Below, one piece after another: positions 1-13,021 of a DNA stretch of 64,000 nt. A model generated the notes under the pieces. It was not told the DNA's origin. It worked only from the letters and a program-made list of their open reading frames with translations, and made no database searches. This DNA comes from Pocillopora damicornis (taxonomy: Eukaryota). The stretch covers positions 124,001 to 188,000 of the forward strand of contig NW_020844270.1 in NCBI RefSeq assembly GCF_003704095.1, written 5' to 3'. Each line of letters opens with the position of its first letter. The stretch's first letter is position 1. The translations under genes were made by a program, and so were the position numbers.

Positions 1-614
1 AACATGTTTTACAAATTTGAGGAAGTGTTCAAAGACATCTGTTACATTATGTTTAATTTCAGCAGTTTCCACACTTTTGGCTGAACTCAAAAATTATTTG
101 CTGTCTATATGCATACATAGTGAAGCACACAAATAATCCCATTGATAATGGCTGTGCAGTACATCATGCTTTTAATTAATAAACTTATGTATATTTTCTA
201 CATGGGTAAAATTACCAGTAGTTTAAAGTATGTGAATTGATCAAGTTCCAACCTGTTATTTGTATACTGGTATTTTTGCTTGAATTTTCTAGCATTCTGT
301 ATATATGAATTCAATTTTGGAACTGAAACCAAACTCTAGTCTACAATAATATCTAACTGCAGCTAATTACATTTTACTTGGTCCAATACCCTTTTGTATG
401 AGAGGTATTATAGTCTTGCACAGTTTTTGAGCATGTCTAACGCTATTGACAGTTTGTGTCATTTTAGAGTCTCTGAGAATTTTCTCCAAATTGATTTGAT
501 TCTTTTCTTATGACTGGAGATAGCCTGGAGATTGGCTGGACAGGTTTAGTAATCTCCTGATTTTCTTTCCAATGATGGAGTGTGGATTCAACCACTTCAC
601 AAGTATTTGGCTCT

Positions 615-3600
615 TTATGCTGTTGTAACACTTGTGCGAGGGCTATCATCATCATGTTTATAAGGTTTTTCTATAAAATCCATTGACTTCTTGAGTTTGT
701 TCAATGTTTTCTGCACTCTTAAAGCTGTCAAACGGGCAGTAGGGTGGCTCGCCCAACACTCAGTCATCAGCTTTGCCAATGTTTGGAGTGACTGTTAGAA
801 AAAAAGAAATATCAATTAATCATCAAACTACTGTCAGATGTTTACATAGCATGATGAGTACTACTTGTACAGACAAGCTTAATAAGAAAAAATCACAGAG
901 CTCATTTGGCATCAACAGTAAACATCTTCTTTGATTATTCACCATAGTTGCAAAGTGGTCTGCTCTAGGTATTATTTAAAGCAAGAACTTTCCTGATAAC
1001 CTTGGAAGAATCTAGTAATTGAAATGGTTTTAGTTGTTCCAATGACACTGGACCTTGCACAAGTTGAGGCTAACTCCCTTTCCTTGTTCCTGGAAGACTA
1101 GTCAGCTAATCAACTGACTACCCCTACTAACACTGCATAAATGCCTGACAATGTCCCTTCCTGACAAGTTGCAGTATCACTACCACCTAAGCTTCAAAAT
1201 GTCCCACTAACCTCATCTCTGTACCATCTGTTGGGAACTAAAGGACGCCTCTTTTCTGTCACCACAACTTTCTTCACTTCATCAAAAGATGGATCACCAG
1301 GTAACATGTCGAAGTATGGAACTTGGTAGTCTTCACACATTCCAGTTTCTGATAGGAATCAAAATTTAAAAAAAGGACATAATTTGCACCCTATAGTCCT
1401 GTTCACTACCACCCAACTCCCTTTTGTTATCTACCTTTGGTAAGAACAGTGATAGTTGAGCTACTCAAAACATGATAAGACTTCCAGTGACTTTTTTCCT
1501 ATGCAAATGATTTCCAACTTAGTGATTTTTATTTCTAAGGAGGAAAGGCTGGAATGAAAAGGTAGTGAATGAACAAATTTTAGGGGGAGGAAGCTATCAG
1601 GGGACGTCATACAAAATCAAACATCTCTAGATTTAAAATTTCAAGAGGTTAACATATCTACTAAACACTGCTTGATTCTGCAACCATATATAAAATTATC
1701 ATACACTGTTTCATACATTGATTCATCCACCATAATTTAAGATTACAGTTATTACATATCTGTTGATTCACTGCTTTAATTGGTATCAAGCACAGCATAT
1801 TTGAATGGGCTAACAAATACACTTACCATCAGATATACATCTTCTTGCAATCTCCCACAAAACAAGAGCAAAAGAGTAAATATCTGCCATCTTAAATGCT
1901 GCAAAATTTCTAGAATCCAGGTTATTTTCTAACACCTCTGGAGCCATATATCTCCTTGTTCCAACTCTTGTATCTGGCTTGATGTCAATTTCTTCAGTGT
2001 CAGTTGAGTATTTAACTGCAAGGCCAAAGTCTGCAATGCAGCAGGTTAGGTTTTCCTTCACTAATATGTTTTTACTCTTGATATCTCGATGAGCAATTGG
2101 AGGTTTGCCCTTAGTTCCCTGAATTTCAGTGTGAAGATGAGTTAATCCTGCTGAGGCTGACAATGCAAGCTTGAGCATGGTCTTCTTGTTGAGGCAGTGC
2201 CCCCTTAAGAAATCATAGAGTGAACCATAAGGGTGGTAATCTGAGATCAGGTACATCTGAGTCACCTGGTTGCTTCCAATGATGTCTGATGCTATGAATC
2301 CAAGAATGCTTTCATGGCGAAGTAGAACAGTTTGGTAGATTTCTGTTTCCCTCTGCCACGAGGATTCACAATGTGAAAGGAATATTTTGACAGCCACATC
2401 TTCACCTCTCCACCTGGCCTGCCACACTTCTCCATACCTTCCTTTGCCAACACTTCTGATTAGTGTCACTTGCTTAGCTATTGTTCGTTGTACCTGCCAT
2501 AATTAATCATACAGAAGACCTCAGTACACTATGGGGGTTTGCCTGAGGAATGCCCTCTACTTTGCTGATGACAGACTTTGCAGTTTCCAAGGCACTTATC
2601 ACATAAATGTATAAACCCTGAGTATGGCCTACCTGACTGGTGACTTTTCTGAAACTCAGATGAAAGAGCTTCTGATTGTGAAATTAGAACAGGTTTGAAC
2701 CCAGATTACCCTTGTTCCACACATGTGACAAAAATGTTTCCATTTTTATTGACATTGTTGTTCTCTTAGAAGTCAGAACTTATAATTTTGCATAGAACAC
2801 CTGTAATTTGGTGTATTACTAAAACATGTCTTGCTTACCAAAAGTGGTAATCCCGAGCCACTGCCAGAGCTCTGATCCAGCATATCTTTGAGGGTTTCGC
2901 CTGGCATTATGTATGGATTCCCATACTTCTCCACATCTAGAGGTGATGGAACTCTGCTATGCACCACTCTGAACCTACAAAACACAAACAAGGAGAGGGG
3001 GAAAAGGAGAAATTTAAACCTTACCTGGCAGGACAAGGGAAATTTGAACCAGAAGTGCTAGGTTTTTGCAGCCAGATACAAGTGTTAGATCCAGGTGGGT
3101 TAGAGGTAAAGAGTTTACTTTGGTAAGAAAAGGTCTGTAAGGTCTAGGATACTTGAAGAAAGTCAGTCACTTTTGCCTTTCACAAAAAAACATTGAGAAT
3201 CAAATCTCACACTTAGGTGGGGCATTTGAACATAATTTTGGCCTGGGNNNNNNNNNNNNNNNNNNNNNNNNNNNNNNNNNNNNNNNNNNNNNNNNNNNNN
3301 NNNNNNNNNNNNNNNNNNNNNNNNNNNNNNNNNNNNNNNNNNNNNNNTGTAAAAAGCTGACAATTGTTTCTCAAATGTTGCACATGTTATATATTCAATA
3401 GTGACATCTCATTAACATCTACATTTTCATCTACTTTTATTATGTTGGTAAAATCTGTACAGAAATCACACCAACCTACTTGCACACAAAGTGAGAAGAA
3501 TATATCAAGGCTTGAAATTATATTATGATCGATTTTCATCAAGAAATGGGCCAGGAATATTCCAAACTAGTGTAAATAATAATGAAAGCAGATTGTGGAA

Positions 3601-6600
3601 AAGCAATTGCGTGACGCTCAGGAAATTGGAAGATTACATGTTATGTTATCACATACCAGACAAAAATATCCTTAGATTCTCAGTCAACATTTTGTACCCA
3701 CTCTGCAGTGGGTTAATTCGACATTTTTGTTCTTTTCTTTGTTAATAATCTTCTTTCCTTTTATAACAATGTAGACATCATTTACAAAGTTTCAAGAAAA
3801 CCACCCACCCCCAAAAAATAACTCTTGCAAACATAGCATGCCTATGTTTGATTTTCAATGAGCAAAGATTATTCCATAGGCAAAGAGCTTCCACATGTGT
3901 ATTTTGTCAAGTGCGTAATGGAAATAACATGAAAAATGAGCTCCAATATGAGCAGTTGCCACGAAAATTTCCCTAGGGAATTTTCCCAGGAGATTATGAC
4001 ACCTTCCTGGTTTATTAAATTTTATTTGAAAATATGTTTTTCTTAATAACTCGGGTGCTTTGAAAGATTTCAGAAAATTTTTTTTAATGAAAATGTTAGG
4101 TTAAATGTTTGAATTAAGTTTAGTCAAATAAAAGAAAAATCAATTTTTTCAGCCTCTAAAGGTGTGAAGTAACCTTAAGATGACAATGAACTATGATTTA
4201 TTATACATACATGTGAGAAGAGGAACCTTGAAGAAAAAAAAGTTATCTGGTTATGAGGTTCTATGAAAATAATAATGTAGTAGAAAGAATTATGAATTTT
4301 TAAAGCAGGAACTGCTCTCAAAATTTGCTCAAGGCACAGTTAACTTATGGTTACATACATCTATAGCAGCAGTATAACAAAGTGGAAGTGATATTCTACC
4401 AGAGGTGAAACTGGACACGTCCTCCTCATTCAGATGGGGTGTATTGAGCTCTATCAGTTGGTCTTATTTTATGGGTAATTGTATAGTGAAGAGTGAAAGT
4501 CAGATGTTACAACAAGAGTCTCTCCACCAGGATGAAAGCATTGTTGAAGTTAACACTTACTCCATTGGAAACCCCATAAACAAAAATTGTGCTAGCATGA
4601 TTTCATATCATCACTAGAAAATCCATTAGTAGTTGAAAGTCAAACAATATCCCTTATCTGTAAAATATTGCACCCACCATTGACATCTTAAGACACTTTT
4701 AATAAGAGATTGTACAAGAGTTCGCATGATAGTAAATTACTGGTACTTAACTACCTAAGTGGCTAAGAGAGAATACGATGAATGTGTTCCACTCAAATTC
4801 CATGAGTGAACTTACTTGTATTATTAGCAACCTTGCATTAGTTAAAACTGATATTTAAACTTGAGAGGCACAAGTAACAAACATTTTTTTTTTCAATTTT
4901 TTTCATAAATAATTATTAGAATGCTTTTGCTATTTTCACTAGAAAGTGGCAACAGTAAGAAACCCACACATTTGAAAGAGAGCACTAGAACCAAAGATCT
5001 ATTTTTTACTCTCTTTGAATTTCTTAACTCAGATACCTACTTAACATATTCTAAGGCAGTATCATTCTTGATTGTAAAATGCCATTTACCTCAATCATTT
5101 TTTACTTTAGGGGAGACACTCAGATCTCATGCTCACTTTCTCTAAATAGACTTATAAATGGGTCCCGCAAAACATGTAATTAGAAGCTAGCATTCTTTCC
5201 AAAAGGAAAAAGCGATAAGCATAGTCACCCAATGCTACCAAGGGCAAAATCATAGTTCATGTGTTGAATTAAAGAGGCTACAATAGAGCAGGAGCATGTT
5301 GAAAACTTTGCACTCTATAACAGTCTTCCCATTCATAACCATCATCATTCCTTTCTGACTTCCAATTTCATTTTGTGTCTATCTGAACAAACTAATAAGG
5401 GTCAACTTCATAAGCTCATAATAAAGCTTTGGAAGAACCTTACCTGTGGTAGGACTAGGAGTTGTTGGCAAAGTGGGCTTTAAGAATGTGTTACACATGT
5501 CACCATCTTGACAGCACTCCATAGACAGTTGCTTCTTGTGAACATGATCCGGTGTGTTGCATTGCATGCTGGTCTTTTCATCAGGTGGTAAGCAGCCATA
5601 AGTGATGAGCTCATAACTGTCATCAACACCAGGTTCCACCTTCTTGTAGCACTTTCCCTCAGTTGTGCAAGTTTCATTGTCATGGTCACCAGGGCAGCTA
5701 TGTGTACTACATCTGCACCTTAGACTTAGGGCTTCAAACATTAAAAAAATAATAACAATTAAAATACAATAGTAAGAGACACACCGACAAACAAGCTAGC
5801 CTTTACTTTAAAACAATAACAATTTCTATGTGACTTTTTAATAATTATAATCAGATCTCTCTTGCCAATTTCCCAAGTTGTGCTTTTCTGAAAAATTCCA
5901 CTGCACTAGTTACTTATTTTGTTCTTATTCCTTAACCTGACAGGTGTTTAGGCAGACAACTAGAAGAGTTGCTTTTTCCAATCCTTTAAAGTAATTAACT
6001 CCAGGATAATTCCTAATCCTATTTTAAAGTATGGAGACAGAGGAAAATTAAGTACAAAATGCTTGTCTCCAAGATGTGAATTCATAGAGTGGGGTAACTT
6101 CATGAGACAAGTCTCTTCATGAAGGATTTTATGTTTACTAGTTTATCTTGAGGGAAAGTTGGAGCTGAACTTTTATAACAGAGCAGCACAAACAGGAAAG
6201 AAAAAAAGAAAGTCATTAAAAATTGATACAGTGCTTCTGAAAAGAAAATAATCAACAAAATTTAATACTTAATAGGCACTTGCTATTTACTAGTGTCCTA
6301 TAAGAGTCTTTATGTAATCTTATTTTTTCAACTCCAGGAGAGCCAGCCAACAACAAATCTAAGGAAACCACTGAGGATGAAAAAAAATTACTGATAATTA
6401 TGTTTATTTAATTTGTTTCAAAGATGATGAAATATCCAAACCATCTTGCTATCTAAACTGAGGAAAGATTACATCTTATTTATCAAAAGGCATTTTGTTT
6501 ACTATTCATAATCATTTTAATTCTATTTTAAGGTATTGGCTCTCTCATATTATTTTAAAGAAATATCAAACTTTTTAAACATACAGGTATAAAATTTGTA

Positions 6601-9600
6601 TGCAGTAAGAATTTACATGGATAAACTGAGAACATTGTGTCAATGAAAGATCAACTGGAGTAGAAGGATCACCAGTTACTGCACGACTTTGAAGAAAGTG
6701 ATATTGCAAACTAAAGCAGCATGCTTCTAAACTGTAACATTCTTTCTTTACCCTAAATTCCTAAGGCATCAAAACATCTTAAGTGGACTGTCATTAAAGA
6801 TGAAAAGAGTAAAGAAAAAATAAGAGCCCCCCACTTTTACTCAACAAGTACATTGTTCTCCTCATTCAAATTTTACCAATATGGATCACTTGAGTTATAA
6901 GCTAAGATCCAAGAATCCAATTGTCATCATACAATTTTAATTAGCACAGTCAGATATTGCAAACTGCCTAAATTAAGTTTGTCTTCACACGCCATTCAAA
7001 TTGTGTCTTCTTTGACCTGGTAGTTGGTTATTTTGGAAGCAATGTGGCACTAAGCTATAAACCTTGTTTTTGTCTCAGAGAGGACATTAGATTACAGGAG
7101 ACCAGAATAAATCTCTTCAACAGACATCATATTTGAAATCAAGATTTTGACCACTGGTTTGATTGCATTAAATTTTAAAACACAAAGCCACTTTCCACTC
7201 ATACCAATCACAACCACTATTATTTCAGTCACTGAGAAAGATAAATTCTGAATATCCATTGTGTGAGACAACCTTCAACAAAATATCAATAACTTAAAAG
7301 CAGTTGACATCAAGATTAATCTTTTGTACATTTGCTGCATATAGTATGTATGTTTAGTGCAGATTGTCTGCTTAGAATAAATTGTTTTTCAGTCAACATA
7401 TTTCCTCATATGACCAGAGGCATGAGTTTTCATACTAGCAGCAACTTTGTAAGACTGTTTGAAAACAACCTTTGCAGGAGGTTTATGATATTGTTATTGC
7501 TTGAATTCCATGAAGTGCTGTCAAAGTATATACTCCTGACACCATGATCAATGAACAGATATACGAATCTAAACCCCAAAGAAGGAAAAAGGCTTGCTTA
7601 TGATATCATAATTTGTACATTTCAATGTCACCTTCAACAGCAGCCAAGATCAAGTGGCACTACTCTAAAAGCTTTTACTCCAAACATTGATTAAAAGAAG
7701 CCCAACAAAAAATTAATCAATATTATTCACCTTGCAATTTGAATTCAAGACAAAATAGGTGGACTTGTGCATTGCTCAATGATTAAACTTCAGCTCAAAG
7801 CTTTATCCTGATTGCACATTAACCCAACCAACCAAAAAGTGAAGTTATTTCCATTTTGTGATGGCAAGAAGTACAATAAATCTTGATAAAACTCCATTAT
7901 TTAGTCTCCCATATCTGAGTTAACATCTTTAATATTGAAAGATTCGTTAAGATCAAAGTACATTGGAAGAAAATATAAACTAATTAACATTGATAATATT
8001 CTTGAACTGCCATTGAAAAAAGGCGTTGAAGTAATTGCTCTACATTTTTCAAGAAATGCAACATCTGCCAGTCATCTGACCATTTTCTCTGGACTAGATT
8101 GAAAGTGGTTTACTTTTTGTGGAAATGAACAAAAGATGTGTGAGGAGCACATGCTTGTTACTACTGAATAATTAGAGACGAAGGCAATATAATTGATTGA
8201 AACAATTGGTATGCTGTCTCAATAAAGTATGGCCAAAACAATAATTTCCTGAGTGTAAAAAGATAAATCAATTAATAACAGTGAGTTATTACTTTGCACA
8301 TATAGAGGCATCCAAAGTGGAATCTGCAGTACATGATTATTACCTGGTTGACCAGTCAGTAATGTCAAATTAGTTAACCAAACTTGTGCAGAGTCTGCAG
8401 CTGGTTAGTTATGGAATAAGACACTCAAAAATCAATCAACCCACAAATGAATCTAATTGAGTGGAAATTGAAAAATGTATAATACTCTGGCTGTGAATAG
8501 ACTTCTAACATAAATCTGAAGTAGTTACACCAATTCTTATGAGTTAAATTGTTGAAAAGCTGTGAATCAATTTGCCAATTGTACTAAGCATAGAACATGT
8601 GTGCCCTGTGTACAAAGTACAATGGAAACAATAAATTTGCATAATTGAAAACTTCACTTGGATCTAACAAAAAGTAATTGGGATTGTTAACAAAATAATC
8701 TGATAAATTTTTTCTACTTTTGCCCAGTAAGGAACAAAGAGTTCTTTTGAAGGGTGAAAAGAAAACAGCTCCCACACCTTTTTGAGATAGAATAGAGCAG
8801 GTAAATCCCGTTACAAATCCATGTTTGCTTAGCAAACTAACGATTAATCCGTAATGCGCTTTAGATTGATGCAAAGGCAAATAGAAAGAAATGGTATGGA
8901 TGACTTTCCACATGAAGGCTTTCCCTTAACGCACAATTCATGCTACGTTTTTTTTCCTTTTAGCAGAGATCAGTGACAAGTAGATGAATGCAAAGATAAC
9001 GTTTTACTTAATTCAATTCAACGATCACTTACTTTGGATTCAATGGATAGAGAGATCATCAGCTCTGACTTAAATTCAACTTTTTGACGCGATCTTCGAT
9101 AAATTCACTTGGTGGAGCCTTCAGTGGAAGCTCAGGGAAGGAAAGGGTCATATCAGTTGAGAAACAACAGCGTGAAGTGATAATACTCTCCAATATCATC
9201 TACCAGTACTCACTTTCAGATAGAGTACAAGCTCTTGAGGATTGCTCGCAGAAATCTACACACGCTCATATCAAATATTTTTTTCAACTTTTTAGACTCC
9301 AACTTCATGAAGTCAACGTTCAACAATAAGACAACAAAAAACCCAACAAAGCCTAAAGATCTATTCTTAAATTCTAAACAGCAACTTCCTTTTGTTTCGG
9401 AAAGAACTACTTAAAACACGAACACAGCTAAGTGGTTTTCATATATGAGTTTCCTGAGATGCATGCGTGAAATTAAACGCAGATGTGACGCTAATTCAGG
9501 AACAAGTTTTACATTTGGAAGAAATAACGAGCTTTTCATTAAAAAAAATTTGAAAATAAAACATAAAGAGCTCTTGTCTAGTAGGTTTAACGAAGATTTA

Positions 9601-10590
9601 GCCGTTGATGAGAGAACAAAAAGGATTCACTTGCAACACAACAACAATGTGAAGGAATCAAAAAAAGCACGTTCGCAATGCCCACTGGCGACAAACTGGG
9701 CGCTCCTGATGTCTATCAGTGTAAATACACAGTCATTGCAAATACTTTCTTAGTCACAAAGTCTAAGAATATTATTCAAAGAAGCACTATACTGGAATGA
9801 TGAAATTCTACATTTCTTCACTCTGAATAAAATTGTAAATGTGTAAATGTGAGAACAAACACGATTATTATGATACCAAACTTCAGAAAAGAAAACTTCG
9901 CTTCACACTTAAGAAACATAATTTCCCATACTAAGAGAAGTAATTAGGAGGCAGTCTAGTCTGTAGGCATGAGATGTGCGAAGCAAATCTTGCGAGAAAT
10001 TTTCAAATCGAAGTCTAACATCCAGAGTACGCCACAGGGATATACCAGCATGCTGACAAGATCTGAGCGCGCGAAATAAACTTCTTTCTGTCAAGTAACA
10101 AAGCTTCATCTCCTAACTCCTAACAACTCCATCATTCGCAGATTACGTTTTGCTAATTATATCGAGATCGTTTGCTGGTGTTTTCACAGCACTATACAAG
10201 TAAAAATTTTAAGTGATACTCTTGCGTGTGGTAACTCTAGCTCCGTATTTTCGTAGTGACGATCAGTCGACACAATGATTAAATGGCTTAAATAACCATT
10301 CTTTATATTATTTTCCGAGGGATCAAACCACCTAAGCTATCAACTAAGTTATTTTATAAAGGGAAGATGAATTCGTTGCGTTTGCGGTAAAGTTTTCTCA
10401 GAAGCGATTCCCGCCGCCATGCCGCCACCAAAACCTACGGGTTTCTATTTGTTCATACTTCCACGATTCACACCTTTGATGAAAGCACAAATCAAAAATT
10501 AATCACTTAAGACTCCTTACCTTGAGCTAGAAGGTAAAGGAAGACGAAGAAGACCATGAAAAAGAAACATAATCCACCTTTCGTCGCCAT
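615..10590 (-). CDS. BMPR1: BMP/TGF-beta type I receptor Ser/Thr kinase (BMPR1/ALK3-6/Tkv-like), multi-exon; TM exon not found
   Basis: Exons (minus): 10590-10521 (signal peptide [23 protein letters not shown]); 5731-5444 (Cys-rich activin-receptor ectodomain ending CCQDGDMCN); [TM exon missing]; 2974-2839 (GS box [13 protein letters not shown]); 2493-1827 ([40 protein letters not shown]); 1348-1212; 791-615 ([16 protein letters not shown]...stop). All junctions are GT-AG and phases are consistent except across the missing exon. Confidence 0.95.
3248..3347. other. Assembly gap (~100 N)
   Basis: Run of N between the ectodomain and GS exons of the BMP receptor gene. Confidence 0.97.
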
Positions 10591-11299
10591 ATTGATCAAC
10601 TGCGATTGGAACAAATAGCCATCGGGAGTTCGCTCGAAAATGGCTACAACACAGAAGCGGTGACGTATTCTACCCCCTACTGAGACAAGTCTTAGGATCG
10701 AAAAACACGCCTAACTTAAAGATCTCGAACTATTTGCCTCGGCACCCAAAATTTAACTCCTCAAGGCTCGTAATACAATGATATTTGAGTGAGGGAAGTC
10801 AGTGCAGCGCAGCCGATATCCACACGGAATTTGACAAGTATGCGACGGCTTGTGTTGTTCGAACTTGCAGAAGGAAATATGCCATATAGAGAACAATAAA
10901 CACTAATCATTCTTTTCATAGCGACCAATCACAGAACGGATTAGCGAATTCTTCTAGAATTACAATATGGTGCTAAAAGAAAGCAGTCTTTTCACTGAAT
11001 ACAAATTCAAAATCATACAGAGTCTTTTATCTGGTAGCCAAGGAAGAAAATGCGACTTACACCTTTGTTCGACTTGACTACAAACTCGGCTACGGGCGCC
11101 ATTTTGTGGGGAAATGTCTGCGGTTTCTTTCTCTTTGTTAGCTACGGATCGAATTGATCTGTTCAATCTGAAACCGTGCCTCCTATAGATGAGGAACTTC
11201 AAAGATTCACCCATATTTGACCATATTTAAGCACAACATTCCGTTGGAAGATTTCTAAACTTGAACACCATTCAGAACATATCAGTAAATGATGAAATT

Positions 11300-11412
11300 A
11301 AGAGATCCTCGCAGCTTAGAAACACTACTGAAACGAGTAGTTGTTAATAGGACCTGAAAAAAATTTTCAGGCCCGTACGGGATTTGAACCCATGACCTCT
11401 GCGATACCGGTG
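11300..11412 (-). mobile_element. Fragment of a tRNA-derived SINE-like repeat
   Basis: Minus strand reads CACCGGTATCGCAGAGGTCATGGGTTCAAATCCCGTACGGGCCTGAA..., containing the B-box-like GGTTCAAATCC. The same family recurs at 62638-63529. Confidence 0.75.
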
Positions 11413-12866
11413 AATAAAATAAAATAAAATAAAGTAATAAAGTAATAACGTAGTAAAGTAGTAGTAATAAAGGAAATACTTTTTAGTAATTGCTTTTCGC
11501 GGATTTCCGATCATTGTTTTGATGACTACGAGGAGCAACTGATCAGCGTGAAAGCGATTTACTAGAACCTCTGATCTAGAGACCGAGAAACTATTTGTTA
11601 TTGTTTGAATAGCCCAAATTCTCTAATTTTTCTACGATTCTATAAATAAATGCATTTTTGGAAAAAAGATGAGAGAAAAACATTCGCATAAAACTGGAAG
11701 ATAATTTTGTCACTGTAGCATCACTAAAGTAATGATTTTTTTTTCGACTGATAAGAAATCCGAGAGCTATAGAACTCTCAGAATTAACCCAAACTTTCCA
11801 GAGCAGACGCCCTGTTTAAGAAAAGTCAATAGTTCAGCAGTTTTAGCGGCCTCAAACTTATCAGACGTGAGGGTATCAAATCAGTTGGTCACGGTACTTG
11901 TGAAAATTCCTCATATTTTTAACGGGAAAGAATATCGCGGAGAAAGCTGACAAATTTTCGCAGGTCAGAAGTATCCAAACTGTAGTTAATTAAGTCCTAA
12001 TATTCACGTTCAACAAACTTTCTGAAACTCTTGATTCTTTTTGGCAATCAGACACAACGGCGAAGTTTTGCTTACGACAATATATCGACCTTAAAAGACG
12101 GGAGGAAAAAAGACGGTCGAAAAACTGAATCACTGACAAAAAATCAGGGGGACTCCTTAGACAGCATCATGGAGGAATGGAAGGCTTTCACTAAAAATTC
12201 AGTTTCTCAATTTTACAAACCTTTCTAGAGAATGGTGTTGGTTACTAGAAACTGAAATCTCAATGCGGATCATGGAGCATGAAAATTCTAGTTTCAAGTG
12301 TAATTCTTGAGGAGAACTGAGGGGTAATTTTCTAAAGAAACTGGTGCTATGTGGGTGCAGGGGGGTATTAAAAGAAAATTTGGTCTTTTTATCGAGTTGA
12401 TGATGTAAATTGTCACCGAAGAGAGGCTATAAAGTTGGTGTTTCAAGCGCGATAACCTTTCGTCAGAGGGACTGAGACAAAACAAAACGACGCTCTTTTA
12501 ATTTAATGTTGCAACCAAGAGATTATAAATTGCTACTTGTTTCATTATTTTATTATGTTTTTGTTATTTCTCTCGCTACTGTTGACTACATGCAAAGGAA
12601 ATAAAATAGTTGTTATAGTCTGTTTTTCCAAACTGGTTCCAACTCTCTTCAGTTGATAACTGTGAGTTTAGTTTACCATTTGATGTTTTGACCGACATTT
12701 GTTTTCTCCAGCAATCGGATTTCTTTCATGCTCAATGCACTGTGTTTTGTTCTGCTTTTGGTAAAACCTTCATTTGGAGGATTGACATAATTTACCAATA
12801 GCCTTAAAAAAAAAACAGAATAGCAGCTTACTTTAAGCGGATCCTCGCTTATTTTAGAATAATTTA

Positions 12867-13021
12867 NNNNNNNNNNNNNNNNNNNNNNNNNNNNNNNNNN
12901 NNNNNNNNNNNNNNNNNNNNNNNNNNNNNNNNNNNNNNNNNNNNNNNNNNNNNNNNNNNNNNNNNNNNNNNNNNNNNNNNNNNNNNNNNNNNNNNNNNNN
13001 NNNNNNNNNNNNNNNNNNNNN
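12867..13021. other. Assembly gap
   Basis: Run of N. Confidence 0.97.

Noticed and set aside
5379-5443. Read-through of the ectodomain exon giving a secreted BMP-receptor decoy
   Set aside because: A strong GTAAG donor is present, and a short open extension is expected by chance. No evidence without transcripts.
11360-11412. tRNA gene
   Set aside because: Only a B box and partial arm are present, continuing into a repeat body. It is SINE-like.
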